Source: Clostridia bacterium
GTDB taxonomy: Bacteria; Bacillota; Clostridia; Oscillospirales; CAG-272
Length of the DNA stretch: 64,000 nucleotides
Direction: 5' to 3'
NCBI GenBank assembly: GCA_017415485.1
Contig: JAFQGP010000075.1
Span: forward strand, 635-64,634
Shown: positions 8,209 through 16,299 of the stretch, one piece after another
How the letters are laid out: each line of letters opens with the position of its first letter
How positions within the stretch are numbered: position 1 is the first letter of the stretch
Notes under the pieces: model-generated
Seen by the model: the letters and a program-made list of their open reading frames with translations, nothing else
Told to the model about the DNA's origin: nothing
Database searches by the model: none
Position numbers and translations under genes: made by a program

Positions 8209-10491
8209 GTGAGAAACATTGTAAATCTTAATTCGGATTGGTTGTTTGTCAAGAATACGACCGACATCTCTCTCCGCGAAGGCGAAAAGATCAGCCTTCC
8301 CCACACCTGGAACGCCGAAGACGGCTTTGACGGCGGCAACGACTATTTCAGAGGCTCCTGCCTCTACAAGAAGACTCTTGAGAAGTCCTCTCTCCCCGAG
8401 GCTGACCTTTATTATCTCGAATTCCGCGGCGCAAATTCCTCCGCTGACGTTTATGTTGGCGGCAAGAAGCTCGCGCACCACGACGGCGGTTATTCGACCT
8501 GGAGAGTAAACATCACCGAGGAGATCACCGATGCGACAGAGATCGCAGTTGTTGTTGATAACGCTCCCAATGAGACCGTTTACCCCCAGATGGCGGACTT
8601 CACCTTCTACGGCGGTCTTTACCGTAACGTAAACCTCGTTTGTGTCAACAAGGCTCATTTTGACCTTGATTACTACGGCGCACCCGGCATCAAGATCACT
8701 CCCGCAATTAATGGCAAGGATGCAAAGGTTGAGGTCGAGGTATACGTCAAGGATCTCGCCGAGGGTCAGAAGATCGTTTACACGATCTATGACAAGGAAG
8801 AAAACGAGATCGCAAAGGCTGAGACTACCGAGACCAAGGTAAACCTTGAGATCAAGAACGTTCATCTTTGGAACGGCCGCAAGGACCCCTACCTCTATTG
8901 CTGTGAGGCACAGATCGTTGAGGGCGTGACCGTTATCGATAATGTTTGCAGCCGATTTGGTTGCCGCACCTTCAAGATCGATCCCAACAACGGCTTTATC
9001 CTCAACGGTGAGGAATACCCCCTCCGCGGCGTATCGCGTCACCAGGACAGATGGGGCGTCGGTAACGCGCTTCTTCCCGAGCATCACGAGGAGGATATCG
9101 ACCTCATTTGCGAGGTTGGTGCAACCACCATCCGTCTTGCTCACTATCAGCACGATCAGTATTTCTATGATCTCTGCGACGAGCGCGGTCTCGTTATTTG
9201 GGCGGAGATCCCCTATATCTCGAAGCATATGCCCGGCGGACGCGAGAACACCATCTCGCAGATGAAGGAGCTCGTTTCGCAGAACTATAACCATCCCTCG
9301 ATCGTAGTCTGGGGTCTCTCCAACGAGATCGGCATCGGAGGCGCAGATGAGGATCTTCTTGAAAACCATAGAATCCTCAACGATATGTGCCACGAGATGG
9401 ATAAGACCCGTCTGACCACCATCGCGGCTGTTTCGATGTGCAAGATGGACGATCCCTATCTCCGGATCCCCGACGTTGTTTCCTACAACCACTATTTCGG
9501 TTGGTACGGCGGCGACACCACTATGAACGGCCCTTGGTTCGATAAGTTCCACGCAATGCATCCCACCATCCCGATCGGCTGCTCCGAGTACGGATGCGAG
9601 GCGCTCAACTGGCACACCTCCGAGCCCAAGCAGGGCGACTACACCGAGGAATATCAGTCCTATTACCACGAGGAGCTTATCAAGCAGCTCTTCACCCGCA
9701 AGTTTATGTGGGCGACCCACGTTTGGAATATGTTCGACTTCGGCGCAGATGCACGTGCAGAGGGCGGCGAGAACGGACAGAACCACAAGGGTCTTGTCAC
9801 TATGGACAGAAAGTACAAGAAGGACTCCTTCTATGCATACAAGGCTTGGCTCGTTTCTCCCGAGGTCGATCCCTTCGTTCACCTTTGCTCGAAGAGATAC
9901 ATCGACCGCGTTGAGGACGTGACCAAAGTTACCGTATACTCCAACCTCCCCGAGGTCGAGCTCTTCGTAAACGGCAAGTCTGTCGGCAAGAAGACCTCTC
10001 CCGACCATTTCTTCTACTTCGACGTGAAGAACGAGGGTGAGAGCACCATCGTTGCCAAGGCAGGCAGCCTTACCGACGAGGGCAAGATCCGCAAGGTCGC
10101 AGAGAGAAATATGGACTATGTTCTCCGTGAAGTCGGCGCGGTCCTCAACTGGTTCGACGTTGTCGAGGTTGAGGGCAGATTCTCGATCAATGACAAGATC
10201 TCCGACATTATGCAATCGAAGCGCGGCAAGCTTTGGTTCATCCGTTTCGGTCTCAAGCTCAAAAAGAAGATGGACGCAAAGAAAAAGGGTCAGAAGGGAG
10301 AAAAGAAGTCGGGCGGCTTTGACGTTGACCTCAAGGGCGGCAACATGGGCGGCATGATGGAAATGCTCGGCGGCTTCAGCGTTCTCCGTCTTTCCTCTAT
10401 GATGGGTATGATGGATATTTCTTTCACAAAGGAAGAACTCCTCAAGATGCATAAGCAGCTTACAAGAATTAAGAAACCTAAGAATAAATAA
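8209..10491 (+). CDS. uidA: GH2 glycoside hydrolase, predicted beta-glucuronidase with an extended C-terminus
   Basis: GTG start preceded by CAGGAG. Acid/base WGLSNEIG, nucleophile CSEYGCEA, YNHYFGWY. The glucuronidase-type N-x-K motif NHK is encoded at 9781-9789. Confidence 0.8.
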   Translation: MRNIVNLNSDWLFVKNTTDISLREGEKISLPHTWNAEDGFDGGNDYFRGSCLYKKTLEKSSLPEADLYYLEFRGANSSADVYVGGKKLAHHDGGYSTWRVNITEEITDATEIAVVVDNAPNETVYPQMADFTFYGGLYRNVNLVCVNKAHFDLDYYGAPGIKITPAINGKDAKVEVEVYVKDLAEGQKIVYTIYDKEENEIAKAETTETKVNLEIKNVHLWNGRKDPYLYCCEAQIVEGVTVIDNVCSRFGCRTFKIDPNNGFILNGEEYPLRGVSRHQDRWGVGNALLPEHHEEDIDLICEVGATTIRLAHYQHDQYFYDLCDERGLVIWAEIPYISKHMPGGRENTISQMKELVSQNYNHPSIVVWGLSNEIGIGGADEDLLENHRILNDMCHEMDKTRLTTIAAVSMCKMDDPYLRIPDVVSYNHYFGWYGGDTTMNGPWFDKFHAMHPTIPIGCSEYGCEALNWHTSEPKQGDYTEEYQSYYHEELIKQLFTRKFMWATHVWNMFDFGADARAEGGENGQNHKGLVTMDRKYKKDSFYAYKAWLVSPEVDPFVHLCSKRYIDRVEDVTKVTVYSNLPEVELFVNGKSVGKKTSPDHFFYFDVKNEGESTIVAKAGSLTDEGKIRKVAERNMDYVLREVGAVLNWFDVVEVEGRFSINDKISDIMQSKRGKLWFIRFGLKLKKKMDAKKKGQKGEKKSGGFDVDLKGGNMGGMMEMLGGFSVLRLSSMMGMMDISFTKEELLKMHKQLTRIKKPKNK

Positions 10492-10496
10492 ATAAA

Positions 10497-10537
10497 CAAG
10501 CTCCCGCTATCTGCAAGACGGCGGGGGCTTGTTTTTC
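10497..10537 (+). terminator. intrinsic terminator after the GH2 gene
   Basis: CAAGCTCCCGC...GCGGGGGCTTG stem followed by TTTTT. Confidence 0.75.
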
Positions 10538-10539
10538 TA

Positions 10540-10568
10540 TTGACTTATTGGCAAAAATATGCTATAAT
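10540..10568 (+). promoter_or_regulatory. near-consensus sigma-A promoter driving the small-ORF transcript
   Basis: TTGACT (10540-10545), 17-bp spacer, TATAAT (10563-10568). Confidence 0.7.
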
Positions 10569-10684
10569 ACTGTCGATATCTCCGGATATCCGGAGAGTGC
10601 CATAAACGGTGGCGGTTGCTTCCCATAAAGCGGGAATGCATAAATATTTCTTTTTGCCTTCCCGATGAGGGGAGGTGATGTTGA

Positions 10685-10777
10685 ATGGAATTTACACTTT
10701 TAGAAGTATTGGGTATTTTAACCTTTATTTTTATGGTTTTGTCTTATCTCAACGATCTTTACAATAAAAAGAAATAA
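10685..10777 (+). CDS. 30-aa hydrophobic peptide with a lysine tail, candidate type I toxin
   Basis: MEFTLLEVLGILTFIFMVLSYLNDLYNKKK. The GGAGG at 10671-10675 lies 9 nt upstream and is sequestered in the hairpin CCTTCCC-GATGA-GGGGAGG (10657-10675). Too short to appear in the ORF track. Confidence 0.55.
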   Translation: MEFTLLEVLGILTFIFMVLSYLNDLYNKKK

Positions 10778-10850
10778 CCGCCTCAGCTTCCAAACATAGG
10801 CGGTTATTTCTATAATCGTACATTGGAAGCAACCGTCATCGGTGCTCTCC
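10762..10850 (-). ncRNA. about 87-nt antisense sRNA overlapping the 3' end of the small ORF, candidate antitoxin
   Basis: Bounded by a consensus minus-strand promoter (10857-10885). On the minus strand the hairpin 10809-10772 is followed by CTTTTTATT. Ends are predicted from sequence only. Confidence 0.5.
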
Positions 10851-10856
10851 GTTATT

Positions 10857-10885
10857 ATTATACCACAAATGAGTTGATTTGTCAA
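10857..10885 (-). promoter_or_regulatory. perfect-consensus sigma-A promoter on the minus strand
   Basis: The minus strand reads TTGACA (10885-10880), 17-bp spacer, TATAAT (10862-10857). Confidence 0.7.
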
Positions 10886-10896
10886 CTCATTTTTTA

Positions 10897-11946
10897 TTAT
10901 TTATCGTTCCAGATCGGATTTCCAAGAGCGAGGCGGAGATCCTTGTTGACGTCAAATACCTCGGCGCGGTAGAAGGCTGCGGTGGGGTCGCAGTCGATGG
11001 CGATGGTCACGCCCTCCTCGCAGGAGAATTCAACGCTTTCAACAACGCCCTTGTCGCTTATGAGGTCGAGGCGGTAGTTGTGCTCGGGATTCTTCACGCT
11101 CTTGTGGAAGTCGCACGCGGAAACGGTGAGGCGTTGACCTTCAAAATTCAGGTGTCCGCCCATACGTGTGTCGCCGATGCACATCTTGATCCCGACGGGG
11201 CCGCAAACGAAGTCGCCCTCGCGGAGATGCTGAATGTAGGACACGTTCTTTCGCTCTGCCGAGTAGATCGTGGTCAGCGCGCGGTCGGAGCAGCAGGCGT
11301 GACCGTCGCCGCCCGCACAGCAGTAAAGGCGCTTGCCGAGCGCGAGGATGTCGCAGTAGAGCTTGTAGTTGTTCTCGGTGTGCTTCGATTCGAGCGACTT
11401 ATATGTGACCTCGATGCCAGTGTAGTCGCGGAAATAATAGTCGAGAGGATCCTCCGAGAGCATTTTCTGCTTTGGGTGGGGATGAACGAAGAAGCCGCCA
11501 AGCGAGAGCACCTTTTCAATGATCTCGCAGAATCTTTCTTTAGTAAATTTAGGATAAATGAAGTGACCTTCCTCACCGCCCTCGAACTGATACTCGTGGA
11601 AGGAGTGAAGGAGCTCCTCGGTCGACTTGGGGCCGGGGAAGATCATATTGTAATGCATAGAATTGCATTCGCATTCAATATCAAGGATAGCGGTGCCCGG
11701 CTCTGTTCCGCCGATGAAGGTGCCGTCTGCCCACTCGGGAAGATACATATGGCGAACCTGCTTGTGGTCGAGGATTGCGGCAAAATCCATGCCGAGTGCT
11801 TCCATTGCGCCCTTCCAATGGTCAAGGTTGCGCTTGCCGTCGGCGGTTCCGCCGGTTGCGGCGTGGTCATGAAGCTCTCCGAAAAATGCCCTTCTGCCCT
11901 CATAAAGAGCGGTGAGATGGGCGATCTCCTTGTCTGTTGCGTACAT
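10897..11946 (-). CDS. PHP-domain-like metal-dependent phosphoesterase (hypothetical)
   Basis: 349 aa. GELHDHAATGG and several further His/Asp clusters (ILDHKQ, FFVHPHP) resemble the PHP fold. Assignment is tentative. Confidence 0.5.
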   Translation of the reverse strand: MYATDKEIAHLTALYEGRRAFFGELHDHAATGGTADGKRNLDHWKGAMEALGMDFAAILDHKQVRHMYLPEWADGTFIGGTEPGTAILDIECECNSMHYNMIFPGPKSTEELLHSFHEYQFEGGEEGHFIYPKFTKERFCEIIEKVLSLGGFFVHPHPKQKMLSEDPLDYYFRDYTGIEVTYKSLESKHTENNYKLYCDILALGKRLYCCAGGDGHACCSDRALTTIYSAERKNVSYIQHLREGDFVCGPVGIKMCIGDTRMGGHLNFEGQRLTVSACDFHKSVKNPEHNYRLDLISDKGVVESVEFSCEEGVTIAIDCDPTAAFYRAEVFDVNKDLRLALGNPIWNDK

Positions 11947-12050
11947 TTGAGCCCTCCCAAAAAGTTATTGTGTTTATTATATCACAACAGAAAAGCCTTG
12001 TCAAGTCTGTTTGCTATTGACAAAAGAGGCAAGTAATGATATAATATAAA

Positions 12051-13619
12051 ATGAATAATAATATTAAGGAGAACTCAGATATGACTTCAAAGTTTATACT
12101 GAAAATCACATCCGCCGCGCTTGTTATCGTGATGATGCTTGCGATGTTTGCGGCTTGCGCTGAAACACAGGACGGATCCGGCGAAACGACACTCGCACCC
12201 GAAACTCAAGCCCCTTCTGCCGCTACCACAGTTGCAGAGACCGAGCCCGAGGAAACGATCGTTGGCGACGACGTTCCCGAGCTTGATTTCAAGGGCGAAG
12301 AGATCGTCATCCTTGGACGCAACCGCGACTGGGTCGCCGACGAGATCATCGTTTCGGATGAAAACGGCACCGTTGTAAACGATGCTGTTTATAAGAGAAA
12401 TTCGCTCGTTACCGAACGCCTTGGCATTAATCTCACTTTTCAGGGGGTCGGCGCAACCAACAGCACCGATAACTATGCGGTTCGTGATGCGCTTCGCAAA
12501 TTTATCGATTCGGGCGCAGAGGATGTAGATCTTGTTTCAAACGCGGCTTACGTTGCCGCTTCCACCCAGGCAGAAGGACTTTACCGCAATCTTACAGATG
12601 TCGAAAACCTTGATCTTTCAAAGCCTTATTGGTCACAGGGCCTTAACACGGCAATGGAGGTCGGCGGCGCGCAGTATCTTTGCTCGGGTGCTATCTTCCT
12701 TTCCTACTACCGCTTCATTTTTGCAACCTTCTTCAACGTTGATATGTTCAACAACGCAGGCATCGAGCTTCTTTATGATACCGTTGAAAAGGGCGAATGG
12801 ACTCTTGAGCGGCAGTTCATGCTTGCCGAGCAGCTTTACAAGGATAACAACGGTAACGGCGAGACCGACGAGGGTGACTTCTTCGGCTTTATGGGCAACC
12901 ACGATATGATCGGTGTTGACGGCTATTGGGCGTCCTTCGAGCTCCCGATCCTCACAAAGGACGAGAACGGATACTACAAGTATGCTCTCGATCTTGAGCG
13001 CACCGGAAAGGCTGTTGAGCTTATCAATGACTTCTTCTGGAACAATAAGGGCGTTATGCGCGTTAATCATAAGTCCGGCGACACAGAGCAGGACGACATT
13101 GCGCAGAGCTTTGCTAACGAAGAGGCGGCAATGGTAACTCTTCGTCTCTACGAATGTGAAAACGACCTGGTTGGTATGAGCAACTACGGTATCGTTCCTC
13201 TTCCCAAGCTCGACGGAAATCAGGAGATCAACCGTTCCGCGATCCATGACTCCTTCTCCGTATATTCGCTTCCCAATTTCAGCTTCACCGACGATGAGCT
13301 TGCGATGCTCGGCGCGGTTCTTGAGGTAATGGCTTCGCAGAGCTTCAAGACCATCACTCCCGCATACTACGAGCAGGCTCTCAAGGGCAGATACGTCAAT
13401 GACCCGCAGTCGGTCGCTATGCTTGACGACATCACCCAGAACGTATGGATCGAGGCGGGAATTCTTAACTGCAACGCTATCGAGGCACCTCACAAGACAT
13501 TCAGAGATGCTATTAAAAACCGTTATCCCAATGCATCCTCTCTCTTCTCGCAGAAGGCGAAGATAACCCAGAGAAAGATAAAAGACCTCAACGAAAGTCT
13601 TGAAAAGCTTCTTGGCTGA
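12051..13619 (+). CDS. large extracellular solute-binding lipoprotein (ABC-type, family 1-like)
   Basis: Signal peptide with lipobox LAMFAAC, followed by a Thr/Glu/Pro-rich linker. About 520 aa. No permease or ATPase genes adjacent. The start could instead be the Met at 12081. Confidence 0.75.
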   Translation: MNNNIKENSDMTSKFILKITSAALVIVMMLAMFAACAETQDGSGETTLAPETQAPSAATTVAETEPEETIVGDDVPELDFKGEEIVILGRNRDWVADEIIVSDENGTVVNDAVYKRNSLVTERLGINLTFQGVGATNSTDNYAVRDALRKFIDSGAEDVDLVSNAAYVAASTQAEGLYRNLTDVENLDLSKPYWSQGLNTAMEVGGAQYLCSGAIFLSYYRFIFATFFNVDMFNNAGIELLYDTVEKGEWTLERQFMLAEQLYKDNNGNGETDEGDFFGFMGNHDMIGVDGYWASFELPILTKDENGYYKYALDLERTGKAVELINDFFWNNKGVMRVNHKSGDTEQDDIAQSFANEEAAMVTLRLYECENDLVGMSNYGIVPLPKLDGNQEINRSAIHDSFSVYSLPNFSFTDDELAMLGAVLEVMASQSFKTITPAYYEQALKGRYVNDPQSVAMLDDITQNVWIEAGILNCNAIEAPHKTFRDAIKNRYPNASSLFSQKAKITQRKIKDLNESLEKLLG

Positions 13620-13627
13620 TATCCATC

Positions 13628-13660
13628 AAAAAGCACCCGCAGATAGCGGGTGCTTTTTTG
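13628..13660. terminator. bidirectional intrinsic terminator
   Basis: AAAAAGCACCCGC-AGATA-GCGGGTGCTTTTTT. Confidence 0.8.
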
Positions 13661-13729
13661 ATGGATTAGTTTGGCGACTAAATGAAAGTCTGCTTGTGCT
13701 TGTTGCTTTAAAAAGATATATCTCCTTTC

Positions 13730-13956
13730 AAAAAACAAAAAGTGCGCCAACCGAAGCCAGCGCACCGAAAAACGCTAACTCCAATTGTCGCCAAACAAAA
13801 CTTAAGAAGCACAAAGAAATTTCTCCGTTACCACCAAAGCGGAATTTGCGTTTTTACCAAATTCAAAAATGGTGTTAAAGAGAAAAGGGTATAAGACCCC
13901 CATATATGAGAATAGGAAGTTTTCTTCTAACGCTTCAATATTAAGTTTTGTTTGGC
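13730..13956 (-). ncRNA. candidate structured sRNA of about 225 nt, class unknown
   Basis: Minus-strand promoter TTTACA (13991-13986), 17-bp spacer, TGgTATAAT (-10 at 13968-13963). A 16-nt 5' segment (13956-13941) is perfectly complementary to 13805-13790. The terminator has a UUCG-looped stem at 13765-13742 plus a T-run. Confidence 0.35.
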
Positions 13957-14228
13957 ATTTATATTATACCACATTTTTCGTGTTTTGTAAACTCTTTTTG
14001 AAAAATATTATCTATCAAGTGCAATAAACTAATTTACATTGATGTTGCTTGTGCTGACAGATAGCCCTTTTTGAAGTAAAAAGTAAGAAGTAAAAGGTAA
14101 TAAGTGAGGTAGATTTTCGCCTTCGGCAAAAATCTGTATTTTTTAATACTTATCCTCTTGATTAGGATAAAATTATATGATATAATATTAAATAATTATT
14201 GTTAAATATAATGCAGAGGTATACTCAA

Positions 14229-14675
14229 ATGAAAATAGACGTTAAAATCAAGCTCACACGCGGGGCTAAGGCGCCCGAATATGCGACGGATGGATCGGCT
14301 GCGGTTGATATCCGTGCGGCTCTTGAGGGCGGCGAGGTTATTATTCAGCCCGGTGAGAGGGCAATGATCCCCACGGGGATCGCGATCTCGACGGGTCGCG
14401 ACGACGTTGTTGCCGTTATGGCGGGCAGAAGCGGACTTGGCGCAAAGCACGGGATCACTCTTGCAAACGGAATCGGAATCATCGACTCGGATTACCGCGG
14501 CGAGCTTCGCGCGACTCTGATAAACAAGGGAAACGAGCCTTTCAAGGTCTGCGACGGCGACCGCATCGCACAGCTTATGTTCATGCCCGTGATGCAGGCA
14601 GCCTTCATCGAGGCGGACGAGCTTGACGAAACAGAGCGCGGCACGGGCGGATTCGGCTCGACGGGGGTGAACTGA
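14229..14675 (+). CDS. dut: dUTP diphosphatase
   Basis: Motifs AVDIRA, GRSGLG, GIIDSDYRGE, ERGTGGFGSTG. Start chosen at MKIDVKIKL after an AGAGG. The ORF track gives 14199. Promoter TTGATT-17-TATAAT at 14158-14186. Confidence 0.9.
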   Translation: MKIDVKIKLTRGAKAPEYATDGSAAVDIRAALEGGEVIIQPGERAMIPTGIAISTGRDDVVAVMAGRSGLGAKHGITLANGIGIIDSDYRGELRATLINKGNEPFKVCDGDRIAQLMFMPVMQAAFIEADELDETERGTGGFGSTGVN

Positions 14676-14676
14676 T

Positions 14677-15264
14677 ATGAAGCTCATTCTCGCATCGCAG
14701 TCGCCGAGAAGAAAAGAAATACTCGAAAGCGTCGGGCTCAAATTTGACATTATGCCCGTCGATGCCGATGAAACTCTTCCCGAGGGTATCGAGTGCGCGG
14801 ACGCGGTGACGATGCTTGCCCGCCGCAAGGCGAAGGCACTCGCCGAGACTCACCCCGAGCTTTCGGACTGCGTCATCCTTGCCGCAGACACGCTTGTTGA
14901 GTGCTTCGGCGAAATTCTCGGCAAACCTACCGACAAAGAGGACGCGCGCAGAATGCTGACAATGCTCTGCGGCTGTGGAAGTGCCGTTCACACGGGCATC
15001 TGCATCGGATACAAAGGCAGATTCGCAACCGCTGTCGAAACGGCTTACGTCACATTTGACGAAATGAGCCCCGAGGAGATCGAGGATTACATTTCGACCG
15101 ACGAGCCCTATGACAAGGCGGGCGGATATGCCGTTCAGGGGCGCGCGGCGCTCTATATTGCGGGCGTTACGGGCGACTGGTATTCGGTCGTCGGTCTGCC
15201 CATCCACGCGGTCAAGACTCTGCTTGAAGAAGAGTTCGGCATCCGCATCACTGAAATAGATTAA
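14677..15264 (+). CDS. maf: Maf-family nucleoside triphosphate pyrophosphatase (septum formation protein)
   Basis: MKLILASQSPRRKEIL... and DKAGGYAVQG motifs. Position upstream of mreB. Confidence 0.9.
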   Translation: MKLILASQSPRRKEILESVGLKFDIMPVDADETLPEGIECADAVTMLARRKAKALAETHPELSDCVILAADTLVECFGEILGKPTDKEDARRMLTMLCGCGSAVHTGICIGYKGRFATAVETAYVTFDEMSPEEIEDYISTDEPYDKAGGYAVQGRAALYIAGVTGDWYSVVGLPIHAVKTLLEEEFGIRITEID

Positions 15265-15276
15265 CGGAGAAAAACG

Positions 15277-16278
15277 ATGTCAAAGCATCTTGGAATCGAC
15301 CTGGGTACGGCGAATACCCTGGTTTATATGAAGGGAAAGGGAATAGTTCTGCGCGAGCCGTCGGTAGTGGCGGTCGATCAGGTGCGCAAAAAGGTCGTTG
15401 CCGTGGGCAGCGAGGCAAAGCGTATGATCGGCAAAACTCCCGGCAACATAGCGGCACAAAGACCGCTCAAGGACGGTGTTATCGCGGATTTCGACAAGAC
15501 CGCGGCGATGCTGCACTCCTTCTTCGGCAAGGTTTCGGCGGGCGGAGTGCTCTCGCGCCCCACAGTCATGATCTGCATACCCTACGGTGTCACCGAGGTT
15601 GAGCGCCGTGCCGTTGAGGATGCTACTTTCGAGGCGGGAGCCAAGAGCGTTGCTCTGATCGAGGAGCCCATTGCATCCGCGATAGGATCGGGACTCAAGA
15701 TCGCGGGCGCGCGCGGCTCGATGATCGTCGATATCGGCGGCGGAACGACCGAGGTTGCCGTCATCAGCCTTGGCGGTATCGTAATTTCGCATTCGCTGAG
15801 GACTGCGGGCAACGTGCTTGACGAGTCGATCGTGCAGTATATGAAGCGCGAGCACAAGATACTCATCGGCGACGGCACCGCAGAGGCACTCAAGAAGGAT
15901 ATCGGCTCGGTCCATCACTCAATGGACCGCGGTGAGCGCGAGATCAGAGGCAGAAACCTTCGCACGGGTCTGCCCGCAGTTATGACAGTCACTTCGGCGC
16001 AGGTCAGAGAGGCTATGCGCGAGTCTGTCGATCAGATCATAGATACGATAAGAATGGCACTCGAGAACACTCCCCCCGAGCTTTCCGCCGATATTTTCGA
16101 CTTCGGCATAATGCTTGCGGGCGGCGGCGCGCTTCTCGGAGGTCTGCCCGCGCTCATCACCGAGCGCACGGGCGTGCGAGTCACGGTCGCAAAGCGTCCG
16201 CTTGACAGCGTTGCTCTCGGCATCGGCCGTGTTATCGAAGGCAATTACAGCGGTGTTGCAAAATACCGCGCAAGATAA
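15277..16278 (+). CDS. mreB: rod shape-determining actin-like protein MreB
   Basis: LGIDLGTANTLVY, DIGGGTTEVAVISLGG and LAGGGALL motifs. 333 aa. Confidence 0.95.
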   Translation: MSKHLGIDLGTANTLVYMKGKGIVLREPSVVAVDQVRKKVVAVGSEAKRMIGKTPGNIAAQRPLKDGVIADFDKTAAMLHSFFGKVSAGGVLSRPTVMICIPYGVTEVERRAVEDATFEAGAKSVALIEEPIASAIGSGLKIAGARGSMIVDIGGGTTEVAVISLGGIVISHSLRTAGNVLDESIVQYMKREHKILIGDGTAEALKKDIGSVHHSMDRGEREIRGRNLRTGLPAVMTVTSAQVREAMRESVDQIIDTIRMALENTPPELSADIFDFGIMLAGGGALLGGLPALITERTGVRVTVAKRPLDSVALGIGRVIEGNYSGVAKYRAR

Positions 16279-16299
16279 AGGATTCAAAAGGATTGGGAT

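Noticed and set aside
8188-10452. A 754-aa minus-strand ORF antisense to the GH2 gene
   Set aside because: It has the same phase as the sense codons (both codon starts are congruent to 1 mod 3). It has low-complexity composition, and the sense strand carries all the GH2 catalytic motifs. Shadow ORF.
10678-10767. Alternative small ORF from the ATG at 10678 (MLNGIYTFRSIGYFNLYFYGFVLSQRSLQ) in the candidate toxin locus
   Set aside because: The ATG lies only 2 nt after the GGAGG, so the spacing is too short. The product lacks a coherent hydrophobic helix. The ATG at 10685 has 9-nt spacing and gives a typical TM-plus-KKK peptide.
10575-10900. Reading the long 5'/3' closing helix as a 6S RNA or a riboswitch
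   Set aside because: It contains an SD-preceded ORF and faces a convergent consensus promoter with its own terminator, which fits a type I TA locus better. I recognise no riboswitch core. This cannot be fully excluded without a covariance-model search.
13523-13878. ORFs 13523..13765(-) of 80 aa and 13600..13878(+) of 92 aa in the gap after the binding-protein gene
   Set aside because: They run through terminator hairpins and A/T runs, have no SD and have odd composition. The region is better explained by terminators and a candidate sRNA.
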